Shown here one piece after another: positions 38,246 to 47,911 of a DNA stretch of 64,000 nucleotides (positions are counted from its first letter, which is position 1; the number at the start of each line of letters is the position of its first letter). Origin of the DNA: an uncultured delta proteobacterium (lineage in GTDB: Bacteria; Myxococcota_A; Polyangia; Polyangiales; Polyangiaceae); the NCBI GenBank assembly GCA_963841435.1, contig CAWJCS010000006.1, positions 1,696,001-1,760,000 of the forward strand, given 5' to 3'. Position numbers and translations under genes: made by a program. The notes beneath the pieces were generated by a model. That model ran no database searches and was not told the origin of the DNA. It was given only the letters and a program-made list of their open reading frames with translations.

Positions 38246-39658
38246 ATGAAGAAGGCCTTCTTAGCGCTCGCCCTCGGGACCTGGACCCTTTCGGGCTGGG
38301 CTCACGCGCAGCCGGCGCCCGCGTCGGCGCCTGCGGCGCCCACGAGCTCGGCCGAGGCGCCGAGCTCGCCCGCGCTGCCGGACATCGCAGATCCAATGCT
38401 CGTCCCGCCGCCAGCCGCCTCGCACGTGCTCAGGTCGTGGCGTGACGCCGTCGCGCTGGTCAGGAGGTCGTCCAGCTCCCTGAAGAGCGCGCTCGCGCGC
38501 ATTCAGCAAGCTGCCGCACGCGCGCGACAGAGCCACTCGGGTGCGCTGCCGACGCTCACTGCGAGCGCCGATCTCAAGCAGTACCTTCTGCTCAGCCGCG
38601 AACGAAACCCGATCACGGGCCAGAACGAGCTCGTCCCCGACCCCTCCACGACGTTTTACGCCGGCCTCACCGCGCGCATGCCGATCTTCGCGCCACGCGT
38701 CTGGTACGACGAGAAGACGGCCGCCCTCTCCATCGACGCCGCCAAGCTCGACGAAGACGAGGCGGAGCGCCAGGTCATCGCCGTGCTCGCCGACGCGATC
38801 GTCCAGACCGTGACGGCCGAGCGGCTCGCCGAGGTCAGCCGTGTCTCGCTCGGCAGCGCGCTCTCGACGCTCGATTTGAACAAGCGACGGGCCGCGCTCG
38901 GAGCCTCGAGCACGCTCGACGTGCTGCGCGCCGAGCAGAACGTCGAGCTCGCTCGCGCCCAGGTGGTGACGACCAACGAGGCCGTGCTGCGCTCGCGCGA
39001 GGCTCTGGGACTCGCGCTGGGCTCCACCGATGCTTACGGGGTCACGCCCGATATTCGCCTCAGCAGCCTCGGGCAGGACGCCCGCACCACCTGCAAGCGC
39101 AACGGCGATCTCTCGACGCGCCCCGACCTCAAGGCCGCGCAGGCCCAGGTCGCGATTGCCGAACGCGACGTCAACGCGGTCAACTGGTCTTACTGGCCGC
39201 GCGTCGATGCCGTCTCGAACCTCGGCTACGTACCCATCGAGCGCGCGTCACCCAATCACCTCCACTACACCTGGGACATCGGCGCGACGCTCAGCTGGAC
39301 GCTCTACGACGGCAGCCTCAGAGCCGGCCAAAAGGCGGAGAAGGTCGCCACGGTGGACCTCGCCCGCGAGACGCTGACCGATGCGCGCCGCCGCGCCACC
39401 GTCGAGGTGGTCCAAACCGAGCGCAGCGTGAACGTGGCCGAAGCGAATCTCAAGGTGAGCACGCGAGCCCGCGAGATTGCCGCCGAAACGGCCCGGCTCG
39501 CCAAGGTGGCATTCATCAATGGCAGCGGCACGAGCTTCGACCTCGTCGATACCGCGCGGCGGCAGCGCGAGGCCGAGCTCGACCTGGCGGTCAAGGAGTT
39601 CAACGTCGTGCGCGCGCGCATCGCCGCGTACCTCGCCCTCGCGAGCTGCACGCTCTAG
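38246..39658 (+). CDS. TolC-family outer membrane efflux protein
   Basis: Signal peptide and two OEP-like repeats (LPTL, RPDL, SWTLYDG). Confidence 0.9.
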   Translation: MKKAFLALALGTWTLSGWAHAQPAPASAPAAPTSSAEAPSSPALPDIADPMLVPPPAASHVLRSWRDAVALVRRSSSSLKSALARIQQAAARARQSHSGALPTLTASADLKQYLLLSRERNPITGQNELVPDPSTTFYAGLTARMPIFAPRVWYDEKTAALSIDAAKLDEDEAERQVIAVLADAIVQTVTAERLAEVSRVSLGSALSTLDLNKRRAALGASSTLDVLRAEQNVELARAQVVTTNEAVLRSREALGLALGSTDAYGVTPDIRLSSLGQDARTTCKRNGDLSTRPDLKAAQAQVAIAERDVNAVNWSYWPRVDAVSNLGYVPIERASPNHLHYTWDIGATLSWTLYDGSLRAGQKAEKVATVDLARETLTDARRRATVEVVQTERSVNVAEANLKVSTRAREIAAETARLAKVAFINGSGTSFDLVDTARRQREAELDLAVKEFNVVRARIAAYLALASCTL

Positions 39659-39669
39659 GGGCGACTGGG

Positions 39670-40143
39670 ATGGCGGGCTACTCGGGCACACCGCTCGTCA
39701 AGAAGCTCGGCATCGGCCCCGGGCACCGCGTGGCGCTCGTCGGCGCGCCGCGCGGCATTTCGCAGGTGCTCGGCGCGCTCCCCGAAGGAGCGCACGCCGC
39801 CGAAGGGCTCGACGGCCGCTCGAACTTCAACGTCATCGTGGTCTTCGCCGTCACGGCGAAGGAACTCGGGCGCTGGCTCGACCGGGCGCGGCGGCGGCTC
39901 GACGAGCGCGGCGGACTGTGGCTCGCATGGCCGAAACGCGCATCGGGCGTGCCGACGGAGCTCGGCGAGGCTCTCGTGCGATCGGCCATCCTCGAGAGCG
40001 GGCTGGTCAACAACAAGGTGTGCGCCATCGACGAGACGTGGTCCGGCCTGCGCGCCGTCGTGCGGGTGAAGGACCGAAAGGGTGCCGCGAAGGCGCCCGG
40101 CAGGCGCGCAGCTGCCATTGTGGGGGGGACTGAACGGCGCTAG
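39670..40143 (+). CDS. DUF3052-family protein
   Basis: GYSGTPLVKKLGI, LWLAWPKRASG and KVCAIDETWSGL motifs. Confidence 0.85.
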   Translation: MAGYSGTPLVKKLGIGPGHRVALVGAPRGISQVLGALPEGAHAAEGLDGRSNFNVIVVFAVTAKELGRWLDRARRRLDERGGLWLAWPKRASGVPTELGEALVRSAILESGLVNNKVCAIDETWSGLRAVVRVKDRKGAAKAPGRRAAAIVGGTERR

Positions 40144-40153
40144 CTTTGGGCCG

Positions 40154-40867
40154 GTGACTCGCACGAGCGACCGTGTCTTTTGGGCTCTGAGCGCGCTCTC
40201 CGCGCTCACGTTCACCGTCCTCATCGCCTTCGTCTTCCTGCGCGTGCCAACCGCGCAGCCGCAGGCGGGAGGCCTCACGCAGAAGATCTTCTATTTCCAC
40301 GTGCCCGCCGCGTACGCGATGTACCTCTCGGCGGTCGTCGGTTTCGTGGCGAGTGCCTTTTACCTCTACGGCGCGACCGACGAGCGCGACGCCTGGGCCA
40401 AGGCAGGCGCCGAGTGCGCCGTCGCCTTCGGAGCTCTCGTGCTGACGAGCGGGCCGATCTGGGCGAAGAAGGCCTGGGGCGTGTACTGGACCTGGGATCC
40501 ACGGCTGACCACGCTCCTACTCACGGTGCTCATCTACGCCGCGGTCGTCGTTTTGCGCGCCTTCGGCGGCGGTGGCGACTCCGAACGGCGTTTCGCGGCG
40601 GCGCTCACGGTGCTCGGCACCGTCACGCTGCCAATCGTCCACTACTCCGTCCAGAAATGGGGCGGCAACCACCCGACGGTGATCAGCAAGGGAGGCGGGG
40701 GGCTCGGCGATCCGGACATGAAGCGCGCCCTCCTGCTCGGGTTCGTGGCGATGACCGAGCTCGCGGCCCTCCTGCTCTGGACACGTGCCCGCCTCGCGCT
40801 CGCGGGCACTCGGCTGACGGCGCTCGAGGATCGGGCGGCCGCGCTCGAGATCGAGGGGGCTGCATGA
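40154..40867 (+). CDS. ccmC: Heme exporter protein C (cytochrome c biogenesis)
   Basis: IFYFHVP, WAKKAWGVYWTWDPRLT (WWD domain) and a C-terminal HP. Confidence 0.92.
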   Translation: MTRTSDRVFWALSALSALTFTVLIAFVFLRVPTAQPQAGGLTQKIFYFHVPAAYAMYLSAVVGFVASAFYLYGATDERDAWAKAGAECAVAFGALVLTSGPIWAKKAWGVYWTWDPRLTTLLLTVLIYAAVVVLRAFGGGGDSERRFAAALTVLGTVTLPIVHYSVQKWGGNHPTVISKGGGGLGDPDMKRALLLGFVAMTELAALLLWTRARLALAGTRLTALEDRAAALEIEGAA

Positions 40868-41097
40868 GCGCGCAGGCGGCCGCTCCGGAGCCCGGCGAGC
40901 GCGCCATGGAGTTCGTGCCCACCCAGGGAGGGAAGGAGACCACGAGCGCCGAGACGCTGCTCGTCACGGCCTACGTCGTGATGTGGGCGCTCCTGTTCGT
41001 CTTTCTCGTGTTCGGATGGCGGCGGCAGCGGCATCTCGAGTCGCGTCTCTCGGAGCTCGAGACCTCGCTCGATCGGGGGAAGGCTCCGCGCTCGTGA
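40864..41097 (+). CDS. ccmD: CcmD-family small membrane protein
   Basis: AYVVMWALLFVFL TM segment plus coiled coil; ATGA-coupled to ccmC. Confidence 0.75.
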   Translation: MSAQAAAPEPGERAMEFVPTQGGKETTSAETLLVTAYVVMWALLFVFLVFGWRRQRHLESRLSELETSLDRGKAPRS

Positions 41098-41219
41098 CGC
41101 CAGAGCACGTGCTCTTCATTCCCGGTGTCCTTTTGATCGGCGTCACGCTCGGATACGTTCTCGGCGCGCGTGCCGCTCGCGCCGACGTGGCCCGCGCCAG
41201 AAAGCGGCTCAAGGAGTAG
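41094..41219 (+). CDS. Small single-TM protein (41 aa)
   Basis: GTGA-coupled to ccm[21 protein letters not shown]. Confidence 0.6.
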   Translation: MTPEHVLFIPGVLLIGVTLGYVLGARAARADVARARKRLKE

Positions 41220-41221
41220 AC

Positions 41222-42363
41222 ATGCTCGATTTTTCGCTTTCGGACGAGCAGAAGGCCCTGACCGACGCCGCGCGGCGCTTCGCGCGAGAGCGCATCGCGC
41301 CCGTGGCGGCCGAATGCGATCGCGAGGCACGCTTCCCCAAGGAGGTGTTCGTCGCGGCCCACGAGCTCGGCCTGGTGAACGCCACCGTGACCCCCGAGTA
41401 CGGCGGCCCTGGTTTGCACGAGCTCGACAACGCGCTGATCGCCGAGGAGCTGGCCTGGGCCTGTACCGGCATCCAGACGAGCCTTCTCGCGAACACCCTC
41501 GCGCTCACGCCCATCGTGCTCGCGGGCAACGAGGCCCAGAAGAAGAAGTACCTCGGCATGCTCACCGCCGAGCCGCTCTTCGCGAGCTACTGCACCACGG
41601 AGCCGAGTGGCGGCAGCGACGTAGCGGGGCTCAGAACAGCGTTCAAGAGCGTCGGCGGCGACTACGTGCTCAACGGGGAAAAGTGCTGGATTACCAACGC
41701 CAGCCTCGCAAGCTTCTACGTCGTGTTCGCAACGAGCGAATCCCGAGAAGCGCCACAAGGGCATCGCGGCGTTCATCGTCGATCGAGACACCCCGGGCCT
41801 CAAGCGTCGGCAAGCACGAGGACAAGATGGGGCAGCGCGCGAGCGACACGGCGGCGGTGCACTTCGAGGACGTGAAGGTGCCGAAGGAGAACTTGCTCGC
41901 ACCGGAGGGCGAAGGGTTCAAGCTCGCCATGGAAACGTTCAACCAGACGCGGCCGGACATCGGCGCCATGGCGACGGGCCTCATGCAGCGCTGTCTCGAC
42001 GAGTGCATGGCCTACGCCAAGGAGCGCAAGACTTTCGGCGTCCCCATCGCCGAGCACCAGCTGGTCCAGGCCATGCTCGCCGAGATGGCCATCGGCGCGG
42101 AGGCGACCCGCCTGCTCTACCAAAAGGCCGCCTGGAACCTCGACCACGGGGTGCGCGACCCCATCGTTTCGAGCTTCGCCAAGGCCTTCGGGGCCGACCG
42201 CGCCATGCAGACGGCCGTCGATGCGGTCCAGGTCTTCGGCGGGAATGGCTACGTCCGGGACTACCCCGTCGAGAAGCTCATGCGGGACGCCAAGGTGCTG
42301 CAAATCTACGAGGGGACGAGCCAGATCCAAAGGCTCGTGATCGGCCGCAGTCTGACGCGCTGA
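41222..42363 (+). CDS. Acyl-CoA dehydrogenase (two +1 frameshifts near 41739 and 41802, probably sequencing errors)
   Basis: TEPSGGSD and NGEKCWITN in one frame; KGIAAFIV in a second; [14 protein letters not shown] and IYEGTSQIQ in a third. Confidence 0.9.
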
Positions 42364-42399
42364 ATTGCCCGGCCGCCAGAGCGATCGTAGCGTTGCCCC

Positions 42400-43308
42400 G
42401 TGTTCGGTTTCTCGTTTAGCGAGGTCGTCTTGATCGGGATCGTGGCGCTGGTCGCCGTCGGCCCGCAGCGCTTGCCGGGCATGCTGAGAAACTTCGGTCA
42501 GTGGATGCGCAAGCTCCGCAAGATGACCACCGAGGTGCGCGCCCAGACGGGCATCGATGATCTCTTGCGCGCGGAGGGGCTGCACGGCGGCCTGCACGAG
42601 CTCAGATCGCTCATGCGCGGGCACGGGCCCGTGGCGCAGCCGCCGCCGTATCGGGTCCCCGAAGATCCGTATCGCTCGATGGAAATCAACGTCTCGCGCG
42701 AGTATCCGCCCGAGGGAGTCGATGCGGGCGGCGCGCTCCCCGACGACCTCGCAGCCAGTGACGACGACGAGCCGGAAGAAGAACCCGCCAGCGCCTCGGT
42801 GGCGCCCGCCGCACCCGCCGCACCCGCGTCGCCGCCCGCCACCGCTTCGACACCACCGGCGCCCGCGCTACCGCCCACGAGCGCGCGGCCGAGCGCGCGG
42901 CCGAGCGCTCCACCGCGGCCCACCCCAACCACTGCCCGGGACTCCGCCGCTCCGCCACGTCCTGCGCCCACCCCGAAGGGCTCTGCTCCCCCGCCCCGGC
43001 CCGCGCCGACACCTTTGCCCGCCGCCCCGAAGCCCGCTCGGGCACCCGGCGCGCCTTCGCCCGCAGAGCTCAAGGATCCGTCGGCTTCCGCGCCGTCGGC
43101 CAAGTCCGGTGCACCCCTCCCCGCGCCGACCGCCAAGTCGGGCCCACCGCTCCCCACGCCGACCGCCAAGTCGGGCCTACCTCTCCCTGCGCCCACCGCC
43201 AAGTACGACGACGCATCGAAGCTCGGCGCTCCGACGACCACCCCCACCACCTCCACACCAGAGCCTGCAGCGGCCCCGCGTGCCGACGAACCGGAGGACG
43301 AGTCTTGA
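42400..43308 (+). CDS. tatB: Twin-arginine translocase subunit TatB with long Pro-rich tail
   Basis: FGFSFSEVVLIGIVALVAVGPQRLP; upstream of tatC. Confidence 0.9.
   Translation: MFGFSFSEVVLIGIVALVAVGPQRLPGMLRNFGQWMRKLRKMTTEVRAQTGIDDLLRAEGLHGGLHELRSLMRGHGPVAQPPPYRVPEDPYRSMEINVSREYPPEGVDAGGALPDDLAASDDDEPEEEPASASVAPAAPAAPASPPATASTPPAPALPPTSARPSARPSAPPRPTPTTARDSAAPPRPAPTPKGSAPPPRPAPTPLPAAPKPARAPGAPSPAELKDPSASAPSAKSGAPLPAPTAKSGPPLPTPTAKSGLPLPAPTAKYDDASKLGAPTTTPTTSTPEPAAAPRADEPEDES
43090..43206 (+). repeat. 33-bp (11 aa) tandem repeat, about 3.5 copies, in the TatB tail
   Basis: APSAKSGAPLP / APTAKSGPPLP / TPTAKSGLPLP / APTAKY. Confidence 0.85.
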
Positions 43309-44138
43309 GCGACGGCGATCCGAAGAAAGAGGAGCCCCCGGAGCAGAAGGGCTCACGGAGCGAAGACGACGGGATGACCATCTGGGAGCATCTCGATGAG
43401 CTCCGCTCGCGCTTGATCAAGATGATCATCGCGTTTCTGATCGGCGGCATCGCGGCGTGGTCGAAGAAGGAAGACCTGCTGAAGATCCTCTCGCGGCCAT
43501 TCGTTCATGCGTGGAACGAAGGCTCTCACTCGGGCGCCGCCGCGCTGAACTTCCCTGCGCCCGCGGCGCTCTTCCTCGCCTACATCCGGCTATCGGCGCT
43601 CGCGGGATTCGTGTTCGCGCTGCCGTTCATGCTCTGGCAAGTGTGGTCGTTCATCGCGCCGGGGCTTTACTCGAAGGAGAAGCGCTACGCGATCCCCTTC
43701 GTGCTCACGTCGTGCCTCCTGTTCGCGGGGGGCGGCTATTTCGGCTGGCGCGTCGCCTTCCCGCTCGCGTTTCGCTTCCTGCTCGGAATGGGGACGCAGC
43801 TCGGCGAGCTCGAAGTGAAGCCCACCATCATGATCAGCGAGTACATCGACTTCGTGACGCGCATGGGGCTCGCGTTCGGGCTGGCGGCCGAGCTGCCCGT
43901 GCTCGTGTTCTTCCTGAGCATCGCGGGGCTCGTGACGCCGCGCCAGCTGCTCAAGTTCTTCCGCTACTTCCTCGTCCTCGACTTCGTCATCGCCGCCGTC
44001 ATCACGCCACCCGACGTGATGAGCCAGCTCTTGCTCGCGATTCCGCTCGCCCTGCTCTACCTGCTCTCGATCGGCGTCGCGGTCATCTTTGCCAAAAAAC
44101 GCCCACCGCCCGACGCCGACGTCGACGCGGCTGCCTGA
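43305..44138 (+). CDS. tatC: Twin-arginine translocase subunit TatC
   Basis: EHLDELRSRL, FIAPGLYSKEK and AAVITPPD motifs. Confidence 0.96.
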   Translation: MSDGDPKKEEPPEQKGSRSEDDGMTIWEHLDELRSRLIKMIIAFLIGGIAAWSKKEDLLKILSRPFVHAWNEGSHSGAAALNFPAPAALFLAYIRLSALAGFVFALPFMLWQVWSFIAPGLYSKEKRYAIPFVLTSCLLFAGGGYFGWRVAFPLAFRFLLGMGTQLGELEVKPTIMISEYIDFVTRMGLAFGLAAELPVLVFFLSIAGLVTPRQLLKFFRYFLVLDFVIAAVITPPDVMSQLLLAIPLALLYLLSIGVAVIFAKKRPPPDADVDAAA

Positions 44139-44174
44139 GCGCCGCGCTCGTCGAGTAGAGCCCGCACGGCGGAC

Positions 44175-44222
44175 GCCGCGTGAATCGGCCGCGCGAATCG
44201 GCCGCGTGAATCGGCCGCGCGA
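44175..44222. repeat. 13-bp intergenic tandem repeat GCCGCGYGAATCG, about 3.7 copies
   Basis: Units start at 44175, 44188, 44201 and 44214, between the convergent tatC and rlmH genes. Confidence 0.9.
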
Positions 44223-44227
44223 GCAGG

Positions 44228-44656
44228 CTAGTCCTCGCGCGCGTACGGCTCGCCGCGCAGGATCGTGAACGCGCGGTAGAGCTGTTCGAAGAGCAGCACG
44301 CGCGCGAGGCGGTGCGGCAGCGTGAGCGTGGAGAGGCTCAGGCAGACCGCCGCGCGCTCACCGAGTGCCGCGGGAACGCCGTCTGCGCCGCCCAGCACGA
44401 ACGAGACGTCGCCCTTTCCGTGCTCCGCCCAGCGACCGAGCCGTCGCGCGAGCTCGCGGCTCGTGAGCGCTTCCCCGTCGGGCGAAAGCACGACCTCGAG
44501 CGTCCCTTCGGGCACCACGCGCTCGAGGTCGGCTGCCGTCTTCACCTCGATCTCCTCGCAGCGTGCATAGCGCCGGATGCGCGCCAAGTAGTCGTCGGCA
44601 ACACGGCGCAGCGCCTTGTCGCGGATGCGACCCGCGGCGACGACGTAGAGCCTCAC
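44228..44656 (-). CDS. rlmH: 23S rRNA m3-pseudouridine1915 methyltransferase
   Basis: FVLGGADG and LSLSTLTLPHRLARVLLFEQLYRA...GEPY motifs. Confidence 0.95.
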   Translation of the reverse strand: MRLYVVAAGRIRDKALRRVADDYLARIRRYARCEEIEVKTAADLERVVPEGTLEVVLSPDGEALTSRELARRLGRWAEHGKGDVSFVLGGADGVPAALGERAAVCLSLSTLTLPHRLARVLLFEQLYRAFTILRGEPYARED

Positions 44657-45102
44657 GCCTGGCCGGGAGCCGGGTCGGAAACCCGCACGCGACGCGCGTC
44701 CATCCAGAGGCCATCGAGATCGTAGAGCGCCCGCGTGTCTTCCTGGAAGACGTGGACGACGACGTCGACGAAATCGATGAGCACCCATTTGCCGCGCGGC
44801 AGCCCCTCGACCGAGATCGCTCGCCAACCGTCGTTCGCGAGTGCCTCCTCGACGGCGTCGGCGATGGCAGCGACGTGCCGGTCGCTCTGACCGGTCATCA
44901 GCACGAGGTAGTCGGCGTAGTCGACCTTGCCGGTGACATCCAAGATCTCGACTTCACCGGCCTTTTTGTCGAGCGCTGCCTCGGCCGCCACGAGCGCGAT
45001 GCGCCGCGCCGCGGCCGATGCGCCGCCGCGCTCCAGGGGCTTTTGCGGAGCGGTCGTCGCGCGCGCCGCGCGCTTCGGTGGTTTGGTAAGTTTCTTCTTC
45101 AA
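44653..45102 (-). CDS. rsfS: Ribosome silencing factor
   Basis: DKKA, WVLIDFVDVVVHVF and RALYDLDGLW motifs; TTG start overlapping the proA stop. Confidence 0.94.
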   Translation of the reverse strand: MKKKLTKPPKRAARATTAPQKPLERGGASAAARRIALVAAEAALDKKAGEVEILDVTGKVDYADYLVLMTGQSDRHVAAIADAVEEALANDGWRAISVEGLPRGKWVLIDFVDVVVHVFQEDTRALYDLDGLWMDARRVRVSDPAPGQA

Positions 45103-46360
45103 CCGCGAGTCTGCCCTTCCCCGAGCACGATCCATTTTCCGCCGTGAGGCTCTCGAGCCCCATGGGACCATAGGCGTGCAGCTTGGTCGTCGAGATGCCG
45201 ATCTCCGCGCCGAGGCCGAGCTCGCCCCCGTCATTGAAGCGGGTCGACGCATTCACGAGCACGCAGCTCGCGTCGACCTCGCGCAGCCAGCGCTCCGCGC
45301 TCGTGACGCGATCGGTGCAGATGGCCTCGGTGTGGTTCGAGCCGTAGCGGGCCACGTGCTGGAGCGCACCGTCGAGGTCATCGACGACACGCACCGCCAG
45401 GATCTTCGCCAGGAACTCGGTGCCGAAGTCGTCGTCGCCCGCGGGTGTGACGCTCGGCACGATGGCGCGCGTGCGCGGGCAGCCTCTGAGCTCCACGCCC
45501 TCGCCGGCCAGGGCCGCGAGCACCAGAGGGAGTAAGCGCTCGGCGTCCGCAGCGTGAACCAGCAGGCATTCGAGCGCGTTGCACACGCCGGGCTTTTGCA
45601 CCTTGCTGTCGACCGCGAGGCGCCGGGCCATCTCAACGTCGGCCCCGGCGTCCAAGAACAGGTGGCAAACACCCTTGAAATGCTGGACGACGGGCACGCG
45701 CGCGTTGTCGACGACGAAGCGGATGAGCCCCTCGCCGCCGCGTGGAATGGCGAGGTCGACGAGACCCGTCAGTGTCACGAGCTCGCGCACTCCCTCGCGA
45801 TCGCCGGCCGGCACGATCTGCACGGATTCGGGAGACACACCCGAGCCCTCGAGAGCGCGGGCGATGACGGCGCCGAGCGCACGGTTCGAATGAGCCGCCT
45901 CCTTGCCCCCGCGCAAGAGGCACGCGTTGCCCGACTTCAGACAGAGCGCCGCCGCGTCCACCGTGACGTTGGGGCGGGACTCGTAGACGATGGCAATCAC
46001 GCCGAGCGGCAGGCGCTGCTTGCCGACGCGGATGCCGCTCGGCAAGGGCTGCATGGGCCCACGGCTGCCCACCGGATCGGGCAGCGTGATGACGTGCTCG
46101 ACGCCGAGTGCCGTCGCCTCGATGGCTCGAGCGTCGAGCCTGAGCCGGTCGAGCATCGCCTGGGCCATGCCGCCCTCTCGCGCCTGTGCGAGGTCCTTCT
46201 CGTTCTCGGCCTGGAGCTCGGCGGCCGAGGCACGGAGCCCCTTGGCCACGGCGGCAAGCGCGCGATCCTTCGCTCCGCGATCGAGGGCCCCGAGCCGTGC
46301 GGCGGCGGCTTTCGCCCGCAGGGCAAGCTCACGTATTTTACTCAAGCTTTCAGGCTCCAC
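45099..46360 (-). CDS. proA: Gamma-glutamyl phosphate reductase (one-base homopolymer frameshift near 45136)
   Basis: YESRPNVT, LRGGKEA and NASTRFNDGGELGLGAEIGISTTKLHAYGPMGL motifs. The expected end KWIVLGEGQTRG lies in the shifted frame. Confidence 0.95.
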
Positions 46361-46368
46361 GCGTCATT

Positions 46369-46674
46369 CTACCTGACGCCGCCATCGAGGGAAGGCCCGC
46401 CCCCGTCCGGGGCACCCTCCGAGCCGGGCGTGGAAGGCGTGGGGGCCGCGGGCTCGGGCCCCGCCGGGACCTCCGCCGAGCGACTCGCGGGGCTCGATGC
46501 CGCCGAGGGCGATGACGCGTCGGGGGCCTCGGCTCCGGCATCCACCGCGAACGGCCACGGCGGCAGCGCGCGGACCTCGTACTCGGGAGGCGGGGTGCCG
46601 GGCGGCAAGCGCTTGCTCGCGCAGGCGCTCGCCATGAGCACGCCCGAGACGACGAACGCGGCGCGCAAGCTCAT
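46369..46674 (-). CDS. Small Pro-rich lipoprotein
   Basis: ASAC lipobox; ATGA-coupled to the upstream gene. Confidence 0.65.
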   Translation of the reverse strand: MSLRAAFVVSGVLMASACASKRLPPGTPPPEYEVRALPPWPFAVDAGAEAPDASSPSAASSPASRSAEVPAGPEPAAPTPSTPGSEGAPDGGGPSLDGGVR

Positions 46675-46970
46675 AGCGGGACGTTCTCCGGCTCCGCTGC
46701 CGGGGGCTGTACCTCGGGCACCCCTCCGTCGGTTGGCCCTGGCTCGTCGCCGGTGTCGTCCGGGTCGAGCAAATCCGGGTCTGAAAGCGGCGCACCGGGC
46801 GCCGCGTCGGTGCCGCCCGCGAGCGCGCCGAGCGCACCGGGCGCCGCCGAGGCGATCTCGTACGATTCCGCGGGCAGGGGCGCGTCGTGTTGCCGGTCGG
46901 GGCAACCCGTTGCCGAAAGCCCGAGCACGAGCGCCGGCGCGAGAAAGCGAACGTGCGTCAGCCGAGCCAT
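46671..46970 (-). CDS. Small acidic lipoprotein
   Basis: ATGC lipobox after a hydrophobic stretch. Confidence 0.65.
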   Translation of the reverse strand: MARLTHVRFLAPALVLGLSATGCPDRQHDAPLPAESYEIASAAPGALGALAGGTDAAPGAPLSDPDLLDPDDTGDEPGPTDGGVPEVQPPAAEPENVPL

Positions 46971-47911
46971 CGTTCTTCGTCCACGGCCGAAAGCGTCGCC
47001 ACGAGCCCGTGGCGAGGAGCGTACCCGAGATCGCGCCGCGCACGCGAGTCGTCGATCATGCAAACGTAGCGAATGAAATCGAGCTCGGGCGCCGGGAAGG
47101 TCGTGGCGCGCCAGCGGAACAGTCGCTCCACGCCGAGCCGAGCGATGGCGTGAGGGATCGCGACCGTTTTTCTGCCGAGCAGCTCGAGCGCTCGCGAAAG
47201 CGCGACGGGCGGGGGCCCGGCCAGGTTGTAGATACCCCTCGCGCCCGGGGCGAGCGCAAGCTCGAGCGCGTGCACGAGGTCCTCCTCGTGAATCGCCTGA
47301 ATCATGGGGTCGAAGCCGAGCAGCGTCGGGACGGTGGCGAGGCGGAGGTAGTTGCTCGGCGCATTCCGCACGGTGCCGAGGATGTGCGCCGGCCGCAAAA
47401 TCACCGTTTCGATCTTCGGCTGCTTCCAGAAAAACGCCTGGAACGCCATGTCGACCTCGACCAGATCGCGCATCGCGCCGAAGGCCCCGGCACCGAGCAG
47501 GGGGGCCTCCTCGGGCAAGAACTGCGGGTTGTCGGGGCGCGGGCCGTAGACGTTCGCGCTCGAGAGCAGGATCACTTTCTCGACGCCGAATTGCTCCGCG
47601 TGCTCGAGCAAGCGTTGGGCGGCGGTCACGTTCCACACCAGGTGCTCATCCGGGTCGCGACGCGGGTCATGCATCAGTCCGAGGTGGACGAGCACCGAAA
47701 CGTCGGCGCGAAAGATCTCCTTGACGCGGCCGCTGCGCAGATCGAGCTGATGGTGCTCCACGTCGAAAGGGCGCTCGGGAAAGGGACGGCGGTCGATGCC
47801 GATGACGCGGCGCTGCCGGTGCAGCAAGCGCGCGACGCGCCGTCCGAAGCGTCCGCAGATGCCCGTGACGACGACGCCCGGCTCGTGACCCCCGCGCGCC
47901 GGCGTGGTCAT
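46958..47911 (-). CDS. NAD-dependent epimerase/dehydratase family protein
   Basis: VVTGICGRFG, LSSANVYG and ILRP motifs. Confidence 0.9.
   Translation of the reverse strand: MTTPARGGHEPGVVVTGICGRFGRRVARLLHRQRRVIGIDRRPFPERPFDVEHHQLDLRSGRVKEIFRADVSVLVHLGLMHDPRRDPDEHLVWNVTAAQRLLEHAEQFGVEKVILLSSANVYGPRPDNPQFLPEEAPLLGAGAFGAMRDLVEVDMAFQAFFWKQPKIETVILRPAHILGTVRNAPSNYLRLATVPTLLGFDPMIQAIHEEDLVHALELALAPGARGIYNLAGPPPVALSRALELLGRKTVAIPHAIARLGVERLFRWRATTFPAPELDFIRYVCMIDDSRARRDLGYAPRHGLVATLSAVDEERWLG

Noticed and set aside
41730-41810. Programmed frameshifting or true pseudogenisation of the acyl-CoA dehydrogenase
   Set aside because: No slippery site is visible, and similar indels in unrelated genes point to sequencing error.
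44175-44222. Possible mini CRISPR array
   Set aside because: The repeats are 13 bp, contiguous and spacer-free, with no cas genes in the window.
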